In this document: in pieces, positions 30,792-46,035 of the stretch
Layout: every line of letters begins with the position of its first letter
Numbering within the stretch: the first letter of the stretch is position 1
Assembly: GCA_963777605.1 (NCBI GenBank)
Contig: CAVZRV010000031.1
Span: forward strand, 224,001-288,000
From: an uncultured Acidobacteriota bacterium
Lineage (GTDB): Bacteria; Acidobacteriota; UBA6911; RPQK01; JAPXNP01
Direction: 5' to 3'
Length of the DNA stretch: 64,000 nucleotides
Notes under the pieces: model-generated
Database searches by the model: none
Told to the model about the DNA's origin: nothing
The model's input: the letters and a program-made list of their open reading frames with translations, nothing else
Program-made: the position numbers and the translations under genes

Positions 30792-31261
30792 GGCCTCGAC
30801 GCAGAACTGACGGGTCCCTGCGGGGAACGGATTACTTCTACAGCACAAGGGGCTTCGGAGAGGACGGCCTGGGACACCGATCCTCGCACGATTCGGCCGA
30901 TGACCCCATAGCCGTGACTTCCCAGCACCACAAGATCCGCAGCGATCCTTCGAACCTCCTTCAGGATCGACTTCTTGGGAGAACCCTCGATCGTCTCGAC
31001 TTCTACAAAGTCGACCGTGAGATTCTGCCGAATTCGCTCCGCCGCATCTTCGACCCGCCTTTGTCCGGATTCCTGTTCTTCCTCCAGGGACTGCTCATGT
31101 GCGGCGTAAAGAGAGAAGAGCGGATCTGGAATTTGGGGCACGCGGGGGTGGACAACGTAGAGAATCACCACTGAACTCCCTTTGGGCCAGGGTCGAGCGG
31201 CAACCTCGGTAATCGCCGCGTCGCTGCAAAGCGATCCGTCGACGGCTAACAATATCTTCAT
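30782..31261 (-). CDS. Universal stress protein
   Basis: MKILLAVDGS, ADLVVLGSHG, GSVSQAVLSEAPCAVEVIR. Confidence 0.92.
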   Translation of the reverse strand: MKILLAVDGSLCSDAAITEVAARPWPKGSSVVILYVVHPRVPQIPDPLFSLYAAHEQSLEEEQESGQRRVEDAAERIRQNLTVDFVEVETIEGSPKKSILKEVRRIAADLVVLGSHGYGVIGRIVRGSVSQAVLSEAPCAVEVIRSPQGPVSSASRPCN

Positions 31262-32172
31262 TGGGCGACCTCCTTGGCTTGGCCTTTCGGCGTTGCTGAC
31301 TCTTCAAGCTTCCGGACCATTTCCTTGATCCCATCCTCGTCCTGGAGTTCAAAAGGAACGCCTTCCAGCCATGCCCCGGCAATCGGGAGATCGTCGGGGA
31401 TGGTCACGGTCGGATCAAGTCCCCGCCCTCGAAGCCGCTGGATCATTCGGATCTCTACTTCGGGATCACGGACTCTATTCAGAACGACGAAGAAACCCGC
31501 GATCTCGGCCAGTTCGAAGTTTTGATTTGCGATCGCAACCAGTTCAGCGGTCTGCAAGTGACTCGTGGCTGGACGGACTCCGCCTCTGATTTTCTGAACG
31601 GATTCGTACAGATCCATCGCCATCTGGATAGCGGCAGTCGTCGGGTCTACGACCGCAACGATCTGGTCGAGGCTCGCAATGACTCCCCGAGCGATATCTT
31701 CGAAGCCCGCCTTAAAGTCGATCACGGTGACATACGGTTCCGGGTTGTCAAGGATCCGGACATCCCGCACGATCTTTGAAACAGGCCCGTCGCAACCCGA
31801 TCCCGGTCCCTGCCCACCAATCTTGCCCGCCACCAGATACAGGATTCCTTCCGGTGTAATGGAGTAGTAGGCTTGCGGCAACTCCGCCAGCACGATTCCG
31901 GCCCCGGCCAAGGGTGTAGGGTCATCCACCGGGCAACTGACTCGACCGCCTGTGAAGACCGCCCCACCGAAGTACTCAAGCAGGGAAGCCGGAGCCGATG
32001 GTATTCCGAGGACCTGGTCAAGGCCCAGATTTGTCGAATCGGCATCCAGAACACAGACCTCGTAGCCAAGTCTCCGGAGAGCCTTTGCCAAAAGAACGGT
32101 CACCGTGCTCTTTCCGGCTCCCCCTTTCCCCAGAACACCGACTCTGCAGCCAATCAAAGGGTGTCGAACCAT
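31258..32172 (-). CDS. CooC-like MinD/ParA P-loop ATPase (nickel-insertion family)
   Basis: GKGGAGKST, LDADS, GSGCDGP (CooC GSGCxC position, second Cys absent), VIDFKAGFED.ARG. Confidence 0.75.
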   Translation of the reverse strand: MVRHPLIGCRVGVLGKGGAGKSTVTVLLAKALRRLGYEVCVLDADSTNLGLDQVLGIPSAPASLLEYFGGAVFTGGRVSCPVDDPTPLAGAGIVLAELPQAYYSITPEGILYLVAGKIGGQGPGSGCDGPVSKIVRDVRILDNPEPYVTVIDFKAGFEDIARGVIASLDQIVAVVDPTTAAIQMAMDLYESVQKIRGGVRPATSHLQTAELVAIANQNFELAEIAGFFVVLNRVRDPEVEIRMIQRLRGRGLDPTVTIPDDLPIAGAWLEGVPFELQDEDGIKEMVRKLEESATPKGQAKEVAQ

Positions 32173-32194
32173 CAATTTCCTCCTGTCACGCTGT

Positions 32195-33165
32195 TTAGGA
32201 CGCCCAGCAATTCCAGACGGCCTGAAGACTCGCACAGTCGGAGCTGCGGGCCCACTCAGGGTATTCCTGTCTCATTCGGCTCAGAGACTTGTAGAGCCTC
32301 TCGGGACGTCCCCAGTCACTCCAGAAGACACCTTCGAGAGGCATCACCAGACTGCGAGTGGCGATCTGGGCCAGAAAATCCCGTGAAAAGTCTGCCTCCG
32401 GCAGCTTCTCGAACACTCCATTCCATCGATCTTCGGAAGATCGGCCCCAGGAACTGCGGAGATTTGCAGAATCGACACGTTCCAGAGTCTCGACCACTTC
32501 CGGCAAGACCTTTCGACCCAACTCCCAGAGTGTCTGAGCACGACCGATCGTAATCATCGTGTTCCACAGATATCCCGCTCTTTAGCCAACGGTTCGCCTG
32601 ACCCAGCGACGGTTTCTCGTGGAAACTCGAGACTTTGTAGTACCGGGCCGACTGTTCTTGGGATGCCGAACCCCCAATGGGCGCGATCCAACCGTAATCG
32701 GTCTCCGGCGCATCCGGTAACACTCCCACGAGGACGGCATTGCGGGGATGGCCCTTAGCTAGCTTGCATGCGGCGTCCAACTCGATCGCAAGCCGGGTCC
32801 GCGGATAGAAGTAATGGTCCGATGGCAGGACGAGAACTATGGCTTCAGGGTTTTCGTCGAGTACGTGGGCTAGGGGCGCAAAAGACCGCAACCGCAGTGC
32901 CACGCATCTTGGGCTGCTCTAGAATCCGGCCGGGAATGCCGCCCGCCACGAAACCACGATGGCCGGTCCCGATCACCGTGATCAATGCTTGTGGCTCAAC
33001 CAGGTCAAGGGCTCGATCGATGGTCTGCTCCAACATCGATTTAGCTCCGCAGAACCGACAATATTGCTTCGGACGTCCTTGTTCAAAACAACGGGCAACC
33101 AGGGGACACATCCGTGTGCCTTCCCCTCCGGCGAGAATGATCGACCAAAGCGACTGAGACGTCAT
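32195..33165 (-). CDS. Mannose-1-phosphate guanylyltransferase-like nucleotidyltransferase, two or more frameshifts
   Basis: IILAGGEGTR, PKQYC, EQPKMRGTA, VLPSDH, PETDYGWI, FHEKPS, DFSRDFL, WSDWG over three ORFs. Confidence 0.8.
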
Positions 33166-33766
33166 AACGATTCTTCTCCTTGATTGCGAGGAGCGGAGAG
33201 CGGCGATCGAAGGAGTGTACGAGTTCATACAGCCACCCCAGCTCCACGGGCGAATGCTAGTGTCCTGTCGGGGGCCACAACCTCGGAGAATGTCAGAAGT
33301 GAACAGCCTGCCGTCACCGTGTGGTCCCTTGGGGCTTGTGAAAGCAGGTTTGATTACAACCCCAGGACGCGATCTTGAGATACCCGTCTTGACCGAGGCA
33401 ACAGGCCAAATCACACCATCATTGGGGCTTGCTCAGAGACGAAACCGACGCTTTTTGCAACGATCACTGCTGGAGAAACTGCAGTCTGCATGGCCTCCCT
33501 GGATCCCGCTTCCAAACTGGACAAATCAGTATGTCTTGACCAGGTTTCACGAGAGGTCTCTCCTGGTTTGCGGTCTGCCGGGCCAGGTCCCGGTTCGCCT
33601 TCCCGGATCGGCGTATATACTAATGTTTGTGAGCGGATCCGGGTGGTTCAACCGAAGGAATCTGCCGATTGTGGAACCAAGACGATGACTTTAGTCAAAC
33701 TGGGCAGTGGTGAAGGGGTTCAAGTTGCGTGTGAATTCTAGAGTGGAATTCAATCTTTGTGACGCC

Positions 33767-35036
<1,270 letters not shown>

Positions 35037-35134
35037 CTTCTGGCTCGACGACGATCACCGCTACATGAAATCCTAAACACTCTTGCGTGCCATGAACTAA
35101 GCCTCTGCCCAGGTGAGGACTCGACCCGCCGTCC

Positions 35135-35485
35135 TCACCTCGGATTTGAGCAGGAATAGAGGTGGATCACTCGACACAGAAGCGAGGCTCGAATCTCCAG
35201 GTTCTCGCCGCACCTTACGGGGTGAACGAAGCGTACGTAGAGGTCCCCGGTCACCGCCTGAATTCTCCTGTGGAACAGGCAGTGGGTCATCCCTGCATCG
35301 AGCAGGGCCGCGATCACGCCACCGTGCAGCATGCCGTCGTATCCCTGGTAATAGGGTTGCGCCCTGAAGCCGGCCCGGACCCCTCCGTTTCCGTCGGATT
35401 CAAAGTGAAGGCCACGAAGCGACCTCGGGTTGCGGTCTCCGCAAAGCAAGCATCCCGAGTGAGTTGAGCTGGAATGTGTCGCCAT
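35135..35485 (-). CDS. PaaI-family (hotdog fold) thioesterase
   Basis: HSGCLLCGDRNPRSL, YQGYDGMLHGGVIAALLDAGM, VTGDLYVRF. Confidence 0.85.
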   Translation of the reverse strand: MATHSSSTHSGCLLCGDRNPRSLRGLHFESDGNGGVRAGFRAQPYYQGYDGMLHGGVIAALLDAGMTHCLFHRRIQAVTGDLYVRFVHPVRCGENLEIRASLLCRVIHLYSCSNPR

Positions 35486-36376
35486 TCAGTTCTACTGCAG
35501 TCCACAAGTCGCCCCGCAGACCCGTTCGACATCCCCGGCACAAGGAGTCGGCGTATCGACCATCGCCTGCTCCCTGGTCTTGGGCCTGGGTCACTTCCGG
35601 GTCATAACGGATACGTCCTGAAATCGTGGCTCCAAGTTGGCGAGTTTCTTCCTCTATCCGGTCTGCGAGTTCGGGGTTGATATCCCACTTGTTGACGTAA
35701 AACCGAGGTCGGGATTTCGAAGTGCCGGGTCAGGGAAAGCAACCTCTCGAATATCGTGCCGTCCCGACACCGTTGGCTCCGTGACCGCGAGAACCTGGGT
35801 GGCCCCGGTCAACGAAGCGATCACCGGACAGCCTATGCCCGGAGGACCGTCCGAGGATGACCAAGGGACGCCCCTAAAACCTGGCAATCCGGTGAGCCTC
35901 TCGACGAATCTCCGTGACCAATTTTCCCGAGTTATCTGCTGCCACTCCAAGTTGGGCGTGAACCATGGGTCCGCAGCGGGTATCCGAGATCATCCACTCG
36001 CCACAGTCCCGCTCCGGAAAGTCAATCGCCCCGGCAATACAGGAACGAACACAGACTCCACAGCCTTCACAGGCGGTCGCGTCGATCGAATATCGGACAG
36101 CGACAGGCGGTTTGCCGGTCACCTTCACGGCATCAAAACGGCAATTTGTGGCGCAGGCCCCACACGACCGAGACAGTCCTCCTGCCGAATCCACGCCTCG
36201 TGCCCGCTGATGAACCGATGCCGCTCTTTCACCTGGGGAGACAGGATCAACTGCAGGTCCGAGGCGTCCACGTCACAATCCGCGAGGACGGGCCGGCTGG
36301 CCAGCACTGCAAACGACGCGGTAAGGCTGGTCTTTCCGGTTCCTCCTTTTCCACTGATAACAACGAGTTCTTTCAT
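35475..36376 (-). CDS. MinD-superfamily P-loop ATPase with inserted 4Fe-4S ferredoxin domain (COG1149), heavily frameshifted
   Basis: MKELVVISGKGGTGKTS, ADCDVDA, CEGCGVCVRSC, GPMVHAQLG..NSGKLV, DGPPGIGCPVIASLTG, VTEPTVSG across four or more ORFs. 3' end approximate. Confidence 0.82.
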
Positions 36377-36380
36377 GAAT

Positions 36381-36800
36381 TCAACCTGCTCCCTTCATGC
36401 GCCCGACACTCGAACGATCAAGGTGGCAGGATCCCGATCCTTTCAACGAGTCTGTCACCCAATCCTGCGTATTTGCCCCATCCCCGTGTAACGTCGATCT
36501 TCCCGGCCGGGTGAACTTTCGGAGGAGAAACCTGTGTCCTCCGTAATCCACTTCCACGAGATCGCCACGCGCGACCAGGCGGTCCACCAGCGACCGGTCA
36601 ACTCCCGCTTCAGCCAGGAAGATCTCGACAGCGTCAAGCCTCATCGGGTGGACAGCCGTGATACTCAACAGGTCGCTTTCCGCGTTTCCTGTGTCCGCGG
36701 CAAAGCCGTTTCCTTCGTAGCCGGTCAGGTACTCGAACTGCTCTCATCCGCCCCGCACAACCAAACTCAAGACAGTCAAGAACTCACCGAAAACAGGAAC
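36381..36800 (-). pseudogene. C-terminal portion of a radical SAM Fe-S oxidoreductase (COG0731-like); N-terminal domain missing
   Basis: EYLTGYEGNGFA..DLLSITAVHPMRLDAV..LVEVDYGG matches the C-terminus of this family. No CxxxCxxC motif, and only about 490 bp is available between the neighbouring genes. Confidence 0.6.
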
Positions 36801-36868
36801 TCGCGATTCCGGCGTCTCAATCTGCAATATCTGCCTCTAGCCCGTACAGGTCTTCCATCCCACACAAT

Positions 36869-37722
36869 TTAAAGACTCAGGAACTCCACTTCCAGGAGAA
36901 CCTCTTCGGCCAGGCGTTCAAAGAGCGCGCGGTACTCCGGAAGGTGCTCGACGATTAAGGCTCCTTTCGACGAGAGTTCCGCGACCCTCCGGTCATCCGG
37001 AATCTTGGCCAGCACCCGGATTCCCTGTCCAGCCTCAAAAGTCGTGCACCCGGTCATCACCGATTCCGGCCCGGTTGATCACCACACCGAACTTGAGTCC
37101 CAGCTCCCGCGCCATTTCGACAGCCCACTTCAGCTGATGGAGGCCTACGGAGTCGACTCTGTGACCAGGAGAAGGTAATCCGCATCCCTTACCGTCGCTA
37201 TGACCGGGCAGGTTGTCCCGGGCGGGGCGTCCAGGATGGCGGGTGAATCATCGGTTCGCTTAGCCCGGACCGCCCGGATCAGCGGCGGCGCCGTGGCCAC
37301 GCCGACGTCAAGACGGCCCTGAATCAGGGTGACGTTGCCAGAGCGCAGTGTCGAGACGACGCCGATGCGCCTGTCGGCCTCCCAGATCGCCTCCCAGGGA
37401 CAGACCATCGCACATCCGCCGCACCCGTGACAAAGTTCGGGAAAGACCAGGGGCCGGTTTCCCAGGCAAACGATGGCATGAAACTGGCAGAACCGGGAAC
37501 ACTCGCCACACAGCTGTCGCAGAGTGAGGTGTTAACCTGCAGGATAGGTATGGAGACTTCTTCTTCCCTGTCCAGGGAGGCAAGAGAGGAACAGGTGGTC
37601 GTTCGGTTCCTCGACGTCGCAATCCAGCAACTGGACCGGCGTCCCACACACCTTGGCTATATTCTATCGCTGACAGCTGTCTTTCCGGTGCCACCCTTCC
37701 CCGACGCAACCGCGAGGATCAT
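36869..37722 (-). CDS. Second COG1149 MinD/ferredoxin ATPase, heavily frameshifted
   Basis: Manual reading MILAVASGKGGTGKT, LDCDVEEPNDHLF, ELCHGCGGCAMVCP, ILDAPPGTTCPVI, LVTESTP, IPDDRRVAELSSKG. Confidence 0.82.
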
Positions 37723-38226
37723 GAGTCTCCTCCGCCACCGTAGTTTCGACGTCCCCGTACCCGGGCAGTACCCTCGTCAACGTCGTCCCGCCAGCCGTTT
37801 TGCAACGTTTTGACATGGTCGAATTTCTCTGTGTAAGGCTTGAGGTCGAGTACCGGAGTACCGTCCAGTATGTCCACTCCCTGCAGGTGGAGGACATTTC
37901 CCTCCACCCGCACCAACTGAACGATGCTCAATCCGATCGGGTTGGGTCGCAAAGGGTACTGGGTCGAAAATACTCCCCGGTCCACATCCTGGAGGAAAAG
38001 TTAACTCTGACCGTGAGCCTGGAAGGTGCTGCCCTGTGCAGGTGATAAATCAAATAGACATAGGAGAACCCGTCGAGGTCCCGAAGACCTTCAACGTACT
38101 CGGGAATACTCTTCCAATCGTACCTTGAATAGTCCGAAGCGTACGCCGGCTGAATCGGCGTCTTTTCAGCGATTCGATGTCTGCTGTGGACAATCCCGAT
38201 CGGTGTGTAGGTGACCTTCCCCAAAC

Positions 38227-38230
<4 letters not shown>
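37719..38230 (-). CDS. tsaA: TsaA/TrmO tRNA m6t6A37 methyltransferase family protein, frameshifted
   Basis: YTPIGIVHS..TPIQP, GLRDLDGFSYVYLIYHLH, RGVFST..RPNPIGLSIV, GVDILDGTPVLDLKPY. Confidence 0.85.
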
Positions 38231-39443
<1,213 letters not shown>

Positions 39444-39444
39444 T

Positions 39445-39673
39445 AATCAGTTCTTCGAGCGGACGAGAAATCGCCCCGCACACCAAGGTTTCTAAGCCCA
39501 GTTCGGCGAGCCGTAACACCTTCTGGATGGGCAACTCTTCCCAAATCACCTCCCGCTCTCGCCGGCCACGCGGCCGTCCACAAACTCGATCACACGGAGT
39601 TCGCGGGCGGTGTCAAAGACCGGAGCAACCCGGTTGGCCAAGTGAGAAAATGCCGTTTTACGTCGCTGTCCAT
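39445..39673 (-). CDS. NifB/NifX-family protein, 5' part (truncated by poly-T)
   Basis: NRVAPVFDTARELRVIE and LAELGLETLVCGAISRPL. Paralogous to 28185..28580. Confidence 0.72.
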
Positions 39674-39693
39674 CGGTCACGCTTCCCTGATTG

Positions 39694-39710
39694 AGCAAGA
39701 AGAGTGCCAG
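39694..39710 (-). promoter_or_regulatory. Sigma-54 (-24/-12) promoter of the NifX/COG1149 operon
   Basis: Minus strand CTGGCAC-TCTTC-TTGCT matches TGGCAC-N5-TTGC, about 20 nt upstream of ATG 39673, next to a sigma-54 activator gene. Confidence 0.85.
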
Positions 39711-39796
39711 TCGACAACCGTTCTCAGAAAAAAGCTGGAAGTTCAGAAAACAGGGAAGTTAGGCAACGCAGACCAGGATCTCCGCCATTCCAGACA

Positions 39797-39812
39797 GTAG
39801 CGAATCCGCTAC
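39797..39812. promoter_or_regulatory. Candidate upstream activator site
   Basis: GTAGCG-aatc-CGCTAC inverted repeat about 90-100 bp upstream of the -24 element. Confidence 0.45.
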
Positions 39813-39842
39813 GCTTGCGGGCAATTGAAGGCTGCAAACAAG

Positions 39843-41235
<1,393 letters not shown>

Positions 41236-41492
41236 CCCGATATCCGGCAGGTTACCCAGTCGCTTAAACGGCCGTCCGGGTTCGTTCCACAGGGGCGCTC
41301 CCCAATGCATCCGATAGGGATAGGGGAGCCAGCTTTACCCTCGACGAGAATACTCTATCATCCCATCACCTCCGGAAGGCTGTCGAAATGCGGCCGGCAC
41401 TTCCGGGACACCGCAAACGGTCTGTCCCAGTCGAACGGGCAGGAGTGGCAATCGCAACCAAAATGACTCAGAAGTAACTCTTTTCTAAAATC

Positions 41493-41591
41493 TACATTGA
41501 TCAATGTATAAATAAGCTGTAGACTTACGGCGTGCAAGCCATTCTTTTTGATTGGTTTGTCAATCAATCCTTCCCAGTTGATCCCTATCCA
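41493..41591. promoter_or_regulatory. Cluster of palindromic sites in the AT-rich promoter region of the cytochrome gene
   Basis: Perfect 16-bp palindrome TACATTGATCAATGTA (41493-41508), TTGATTG-N6-CAATCAA (41548-41567), and FNR-like TTGAT-ccct-ATCCA (41578-41591). Confidence 0.5.
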
Positions 41592-41638
41592 CATGAATCG
41601 ATCGGGGTTCCCCGACGCAGCTTTCACAGGAGGTCACG

Positions 41639-43544
41639 ATGAGAATTCGAGTCACCTTTCTGACCCTGCTGCTTGCGTTTGTCGGTGCAGACCTGATGTT
41701 TGCCCAGGCGCAATTTGACACCAGCCTGCACAAGAGCAGGGCAGGGAAAGTTCACCGCCTACGCCAAAGAAAACGGTGGTATGGAGTTGATCACGGACAT
41801 TCCAATGCAGGATTTGTCTTGCTGGAAATGCCACTCGGGCACGGGAAAGGATGCCGCCGGTAATGATATCGATCCGGCCGCCTACTCTCCAACCTGTTCC
41901 GACTGCCACGCCTCCGACCTTTCAGTCGAGGAGCAGAGCTGCCTGAACTGCCACAGCCGTCAGGTGTACGAGCGAGTCCGCTACGGCAATGCCGAAACCG
42001 ATCCCAAGGTGGATGTCCACATGAACGCCGGCATGACCTGCTGGTCGTGTCACACCAGTGCTGAACTGCACGGCGATGACGGCGTTGAGTACGTCTCACT
42101 GAAAGAAGACGGCGCCATTAAGGCTTCGTGCGAGGGTTGCCACACGACGCTGGCCAAAAACGAGTCTCACGTCATCCACGCCGACACCGTTGACTGCGCC
42201 GCTTGTCACGCCGTTGGAAGCGTCGCCTGTGCCAGTTGCCACTTCGAAACGCTGATCGCCACCGGAAAGAACCGTGCAATCAACCAGATCTGGAACTTCA
42301 AGATGCTGGTCAAGAAAGACGGCAAGGTTAGCCTGGGTAACTTCATGACCCACACCTACGACGGCAAGACCAACGTCATCATCTCCTCATTTCATTCGCA
42401 CACCATCAAGAAGAACGGTTCCGAATGCAAGGACTGTCACGCCAACTTCGGCGGGTCCAACTCCGCAATCCAGGAATACAACACGACAGGGTCCATCACG
42501 ATGACCCGGTGGAACCCGGATACCAAGAAGATTGCGGGGCCGACGGGCGTGGTTCCGATTCCGGCGGACTGGCAAACCGCCTTGAAGTATGATTTTGCCC
42601 AGTTCGATGGAGACGTCAACAACCTTCAGGAAAACAGCGACTGGTCGTATCTCAAATCCGAGGTTGACAACCAGCACCTCTTTTACGCCGAACCACTCGA
42701 CAAAGAGACCATGAGCAAGCTCGGATTCCAGGTGGCACACCTGGAACCTGAGTTCTCAGACGTCTTCTATTTTCCGCTGGTCGGCGACGGGCTGTCGGAC
42801 GGGATCCAGTTGAAGAGCAGTCTTTTGCTCGCCAGTGTCGGGGAAGACCGGGATGCCGTGGTTGAGTTCTACGATCGGGCCGGGAATCCTCTGGCGGTCA
42901 CATTGGGTGAGAGCGGCCCCGCGTCTGCATTTGACCTGACTTTTACGCGGGGACGGGTCTTCTCGGCGCAGACGCCGGGGACCGAAGATGGGCTCCAGGT
43001 CGGCTACGCCCTGGTCAAGGTGAAACGCTCCTCCGATCCCCAGGCCGACAACACCACGTCACCGATCACCGGTACCGTGGTATTCAGTCGTGCCGACAAC
43101 GGAATCACGATGACCGAGGCAGGCGTTCCGGCCGCGCGCCCGATTCAAGACTTCACGGTCCTGCTCGACTCGACGGCAGCCAACGACACCGGGCTTGCTG
43201 TCGTCAATCCTGCGGGTGACACCACGAACCCGGGTACTCCGGCTACGTTGACGTTTAGAGTATCGGATCAGGCCTTCGAAACTCAACTGGGGCAGGTCCA
43301 GATGATCCTGCAACCCGGGCAAGCGATCGGAAAGTTCATCTGGGAGATCTTTCAGGAAGCCGGGGCAGCCCCAGAACTGGTCAACCAGTTGCGCGAAATG
43401 GAAGGAGTGGTCACTGTGGGCAGCGACGTCTCCGTAGCGGCACTGACCTTGCGACAGAATGGCGACGGGGCCGTACCGTATCCCAATGAGGTCCCAATTT
43501 TGACAGCGTTTCCAGTGATGGCAGGTCGCGCCGACGCAAATTAG
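41639..43544 (+). CDS. Secreted octaheme c-type cytochrome with a ~270-aa non-heme C-terminal beta domain, frameshift near 41750
   Basis: RBS AGGAGG and signal peptide MRIRVTFLTLLLAFVGADLMFAQA. Eight CxxCH motifs (CWKCH, CSDCH, CLNCH, CWSCH, CEGCH, CAACH, CASCH, CKDCH). Confidence 0.88.
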
Positions 43545-43555
43545 CACCAGCCACG

Positions 43556-43590
43556 AAGGGGGGCACAACCGGATTCGTCGGTGCCCCTCA
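43556..43590. terminator. Hairpin between convergent genes, possible terminator
   Basis: ggggcac..gtgcccc inverted repeat just after the cytochrome stop. No strong U-tract. Confidence 0.35.
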
Positions 43591-43674
43591 CTCAAATTAA
43601 TGTGTCAGGTCAGGCAACAGCTTCAATCAAACAATCGTCGTCACTCGGCATGGGGAAACTCAAGTCCCCTTTAG

Positions 43675-45966
43675 TTAGAATTCCACGGCCAAACTGACAT
43701 AGAGAGTTCTGGGAAACCTCGGACCCCAAACGTACCCGGAGTCACGGTCCGGTCCCCGATCAAGATCGTCCTGGTAAAAGTCGGTCAAGTTCTTTCCTCC
43801 AATGGTCACCAGCACTCTGGCATCAGATCGCACCGGCAAGGACCTGGATATACTGGCGTCCAGCGTCCAGTATGATGGACTTCTTTCGAGTCTCTCCTCA
43901 GCAATCCAGCCGGCGTAGTGAGGTACGCTCATCTGTCCCGTAAATCATGTTCCCAGAAAGAGATCGACCAGTCGAGTATTCCGGTAAACCAGGGTCGCCA
44001 GGCCGTAGCGATTGGGGGTGCGAAAGAACTCGCTGCTTCCGAAATCGGGTTCGGCATGGTCGAAAAGCGCCCGCTGCTCCACGTACCCGAGCTGAATCTC
44101 CAGGGATGGATTGAACATGTACCCAAGATTGACTTCAGCGCCGTGGACCCTCGCTTTGCCAAAATTGACCCGAGTGAACTCCATCTCCTCGGTTTCAAGA
44201 AGGTCGTCCTCCACGACGTTGAAAAGGTCCTTCATCGAAGTATGGAACAGGTTGATTCCCACCAGGCCGACCCCGCCTCCCACCCTGGGCTTCCACTCGA
44301 ACCCGGCCATCAGCGTGGTCGAACGTTCCTCCTTGAGATCGACAGCATTTCGGATGACCTGGGCTTCGCCTCCGGCTACCGTAATATGCAGGTCTTCGTC
44401 GAACACACGGGGAGCCAGGAAACCGGTCGCCATCGACGTTCGCACGCGCAAGTCGGGTGCCGCCGTCCACATCAGGGCCACTCTGGGCGAGAAAACCGGT
44501 TCGGCAATCGCGCTGTGTTTGTCGATCCGGCCTCCCCATACAAACTCCAGGCCGGGAAGAAAGAACCAGTCGTCCTGAATGAACGCGCCCATGTTCCGGT
44601 AGGTTTCGTCGTACGTGCGGTCGTAAGCCGGCTGAACATCCTCGACCCCGTCCGAGGAGACCTGGCCTCCCCACGACAGAACATGCGGGCCGAGAAAATG
44701 ATTGAACTGGGAGTCAATGACCCACAGCGGATTCCGACTGGTCCCATAAGCGTTTGGGTCTTGTCCCGAGCCGTAATAGGTATCCCTCTTCATCCGGGCC
44801 ACCGAAAATGCGAGGCGGTAGTCAAACGCAGCGCTCGGAGTGTGGTGCCAGCTCACACCGCCGGCTGAACGCGTGCTCTCTACCGCTTCGGCCAAGCTGG
44901 CCTGATCAGGCGACAGATCGAGGCGGTCTCCCCCGCGACGTTCCTCCTGAAACCGGTTGAAGTCAGCGGTCAACTCACCTTTCTGATCGAGGAAGTCATG
45001 CCTGATACGGGCTCCCAACGCCCCAAAATCCCTCTTGGAAACTTCGGTGAACCCGTCGCCGTCAATGTCCACGGGATGAACCTTGTCGCTCTGCCCAAAG
45101 ATGGTCACAGCGCTGTCTCGATCTGAAGAGGCCCAGTCGGCGGAAGCACTGAAAGTCTGATCGGGAACCCCGTTCATCCAGCCGGTACGGCCGAGCAGGC
45201 GTCCGCCGGTCTGGGACGGAACGTGGGAGACGATGTTCACCACTCCTCCAACTGATCCGGGGCCGTAGATGGACGACCCACCTCCCTTGACCACTTCAAT
45301 TCTTTCCACCATCCGGGAGGGGATCTGCTCGATCCCGTACACCTGCGCCAAAGAAGACATCGTCGGCTGACCATCAAAAAGTATCTGGGTATACGGTCCC
45401 TGCAGCCCGAGCATCCGAATCTGTGAGAAATTGCAGTTCTGACAATTGCTTTCGACCCGTATTCCGGGGCTGAACTCCACCGCGTCAGCGAGGTTCCGGG
45501 AGGCGGAAAGCTCGATCAACTCCGGCAGGACCACTTCGGTCCGAACCGGCACCTCATCGAGACTCTTGACGGTTCGGGTCGCCGCCATGACCGTGACCAT
45601 CTCCTCGATAATTGCCGGAAAGAGGATCAGGTTCAGTTCCGTAACCGGCGGACTGGACACCCGCAATTCCGTCCTCTGTTCCTCGAATCCAGGAGCGTTC
45701 ACCGAGACAGCGTTCGTCAGGGGATCGATTTCGGGAAAACAGAAGCTCCCATCCTCGTTGGTTGTGACGCTTCGGACGCCGGGCTCCAACACAACGATCG
45801 CCCCGGGGACCGCCGCGCCGGACGTGTCACGGACCACGCCGCAGACCACACATCCCGAGTCAACCTCGAACCTCCCGGCTCGCCAACCGGACCAGACCGG
45901 CGCTCCGCGCGAGTCACGCAGTTCGATGACCTCCGAACCAAGACCGAGCCGGGCGGCAATCAGCAC
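43675..45966 (-). CDS. TonB-dependent receptor with N-terminal carboxypeptidase-regulatory-like domain, frameshift near 43940, no clear signal peptide
   Basis: GVVRDTSGAAVPGAIV, plug motif ESNCQNCNFSQIRMLGL, ERIEVVKGGGSSIYG..GGVVNI. C-terminus RDSGYVWGPRFPRTLYVSLAVEF ends in Phe. Confidence 0.88.
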
Positions 45967-46035
45967 TTCCTCCCCCTCGATCGTGACCAGGGACTCGTCA
46001 CGCGTTGAGTGTGGACAGGATTGAATTCCCGGAAG

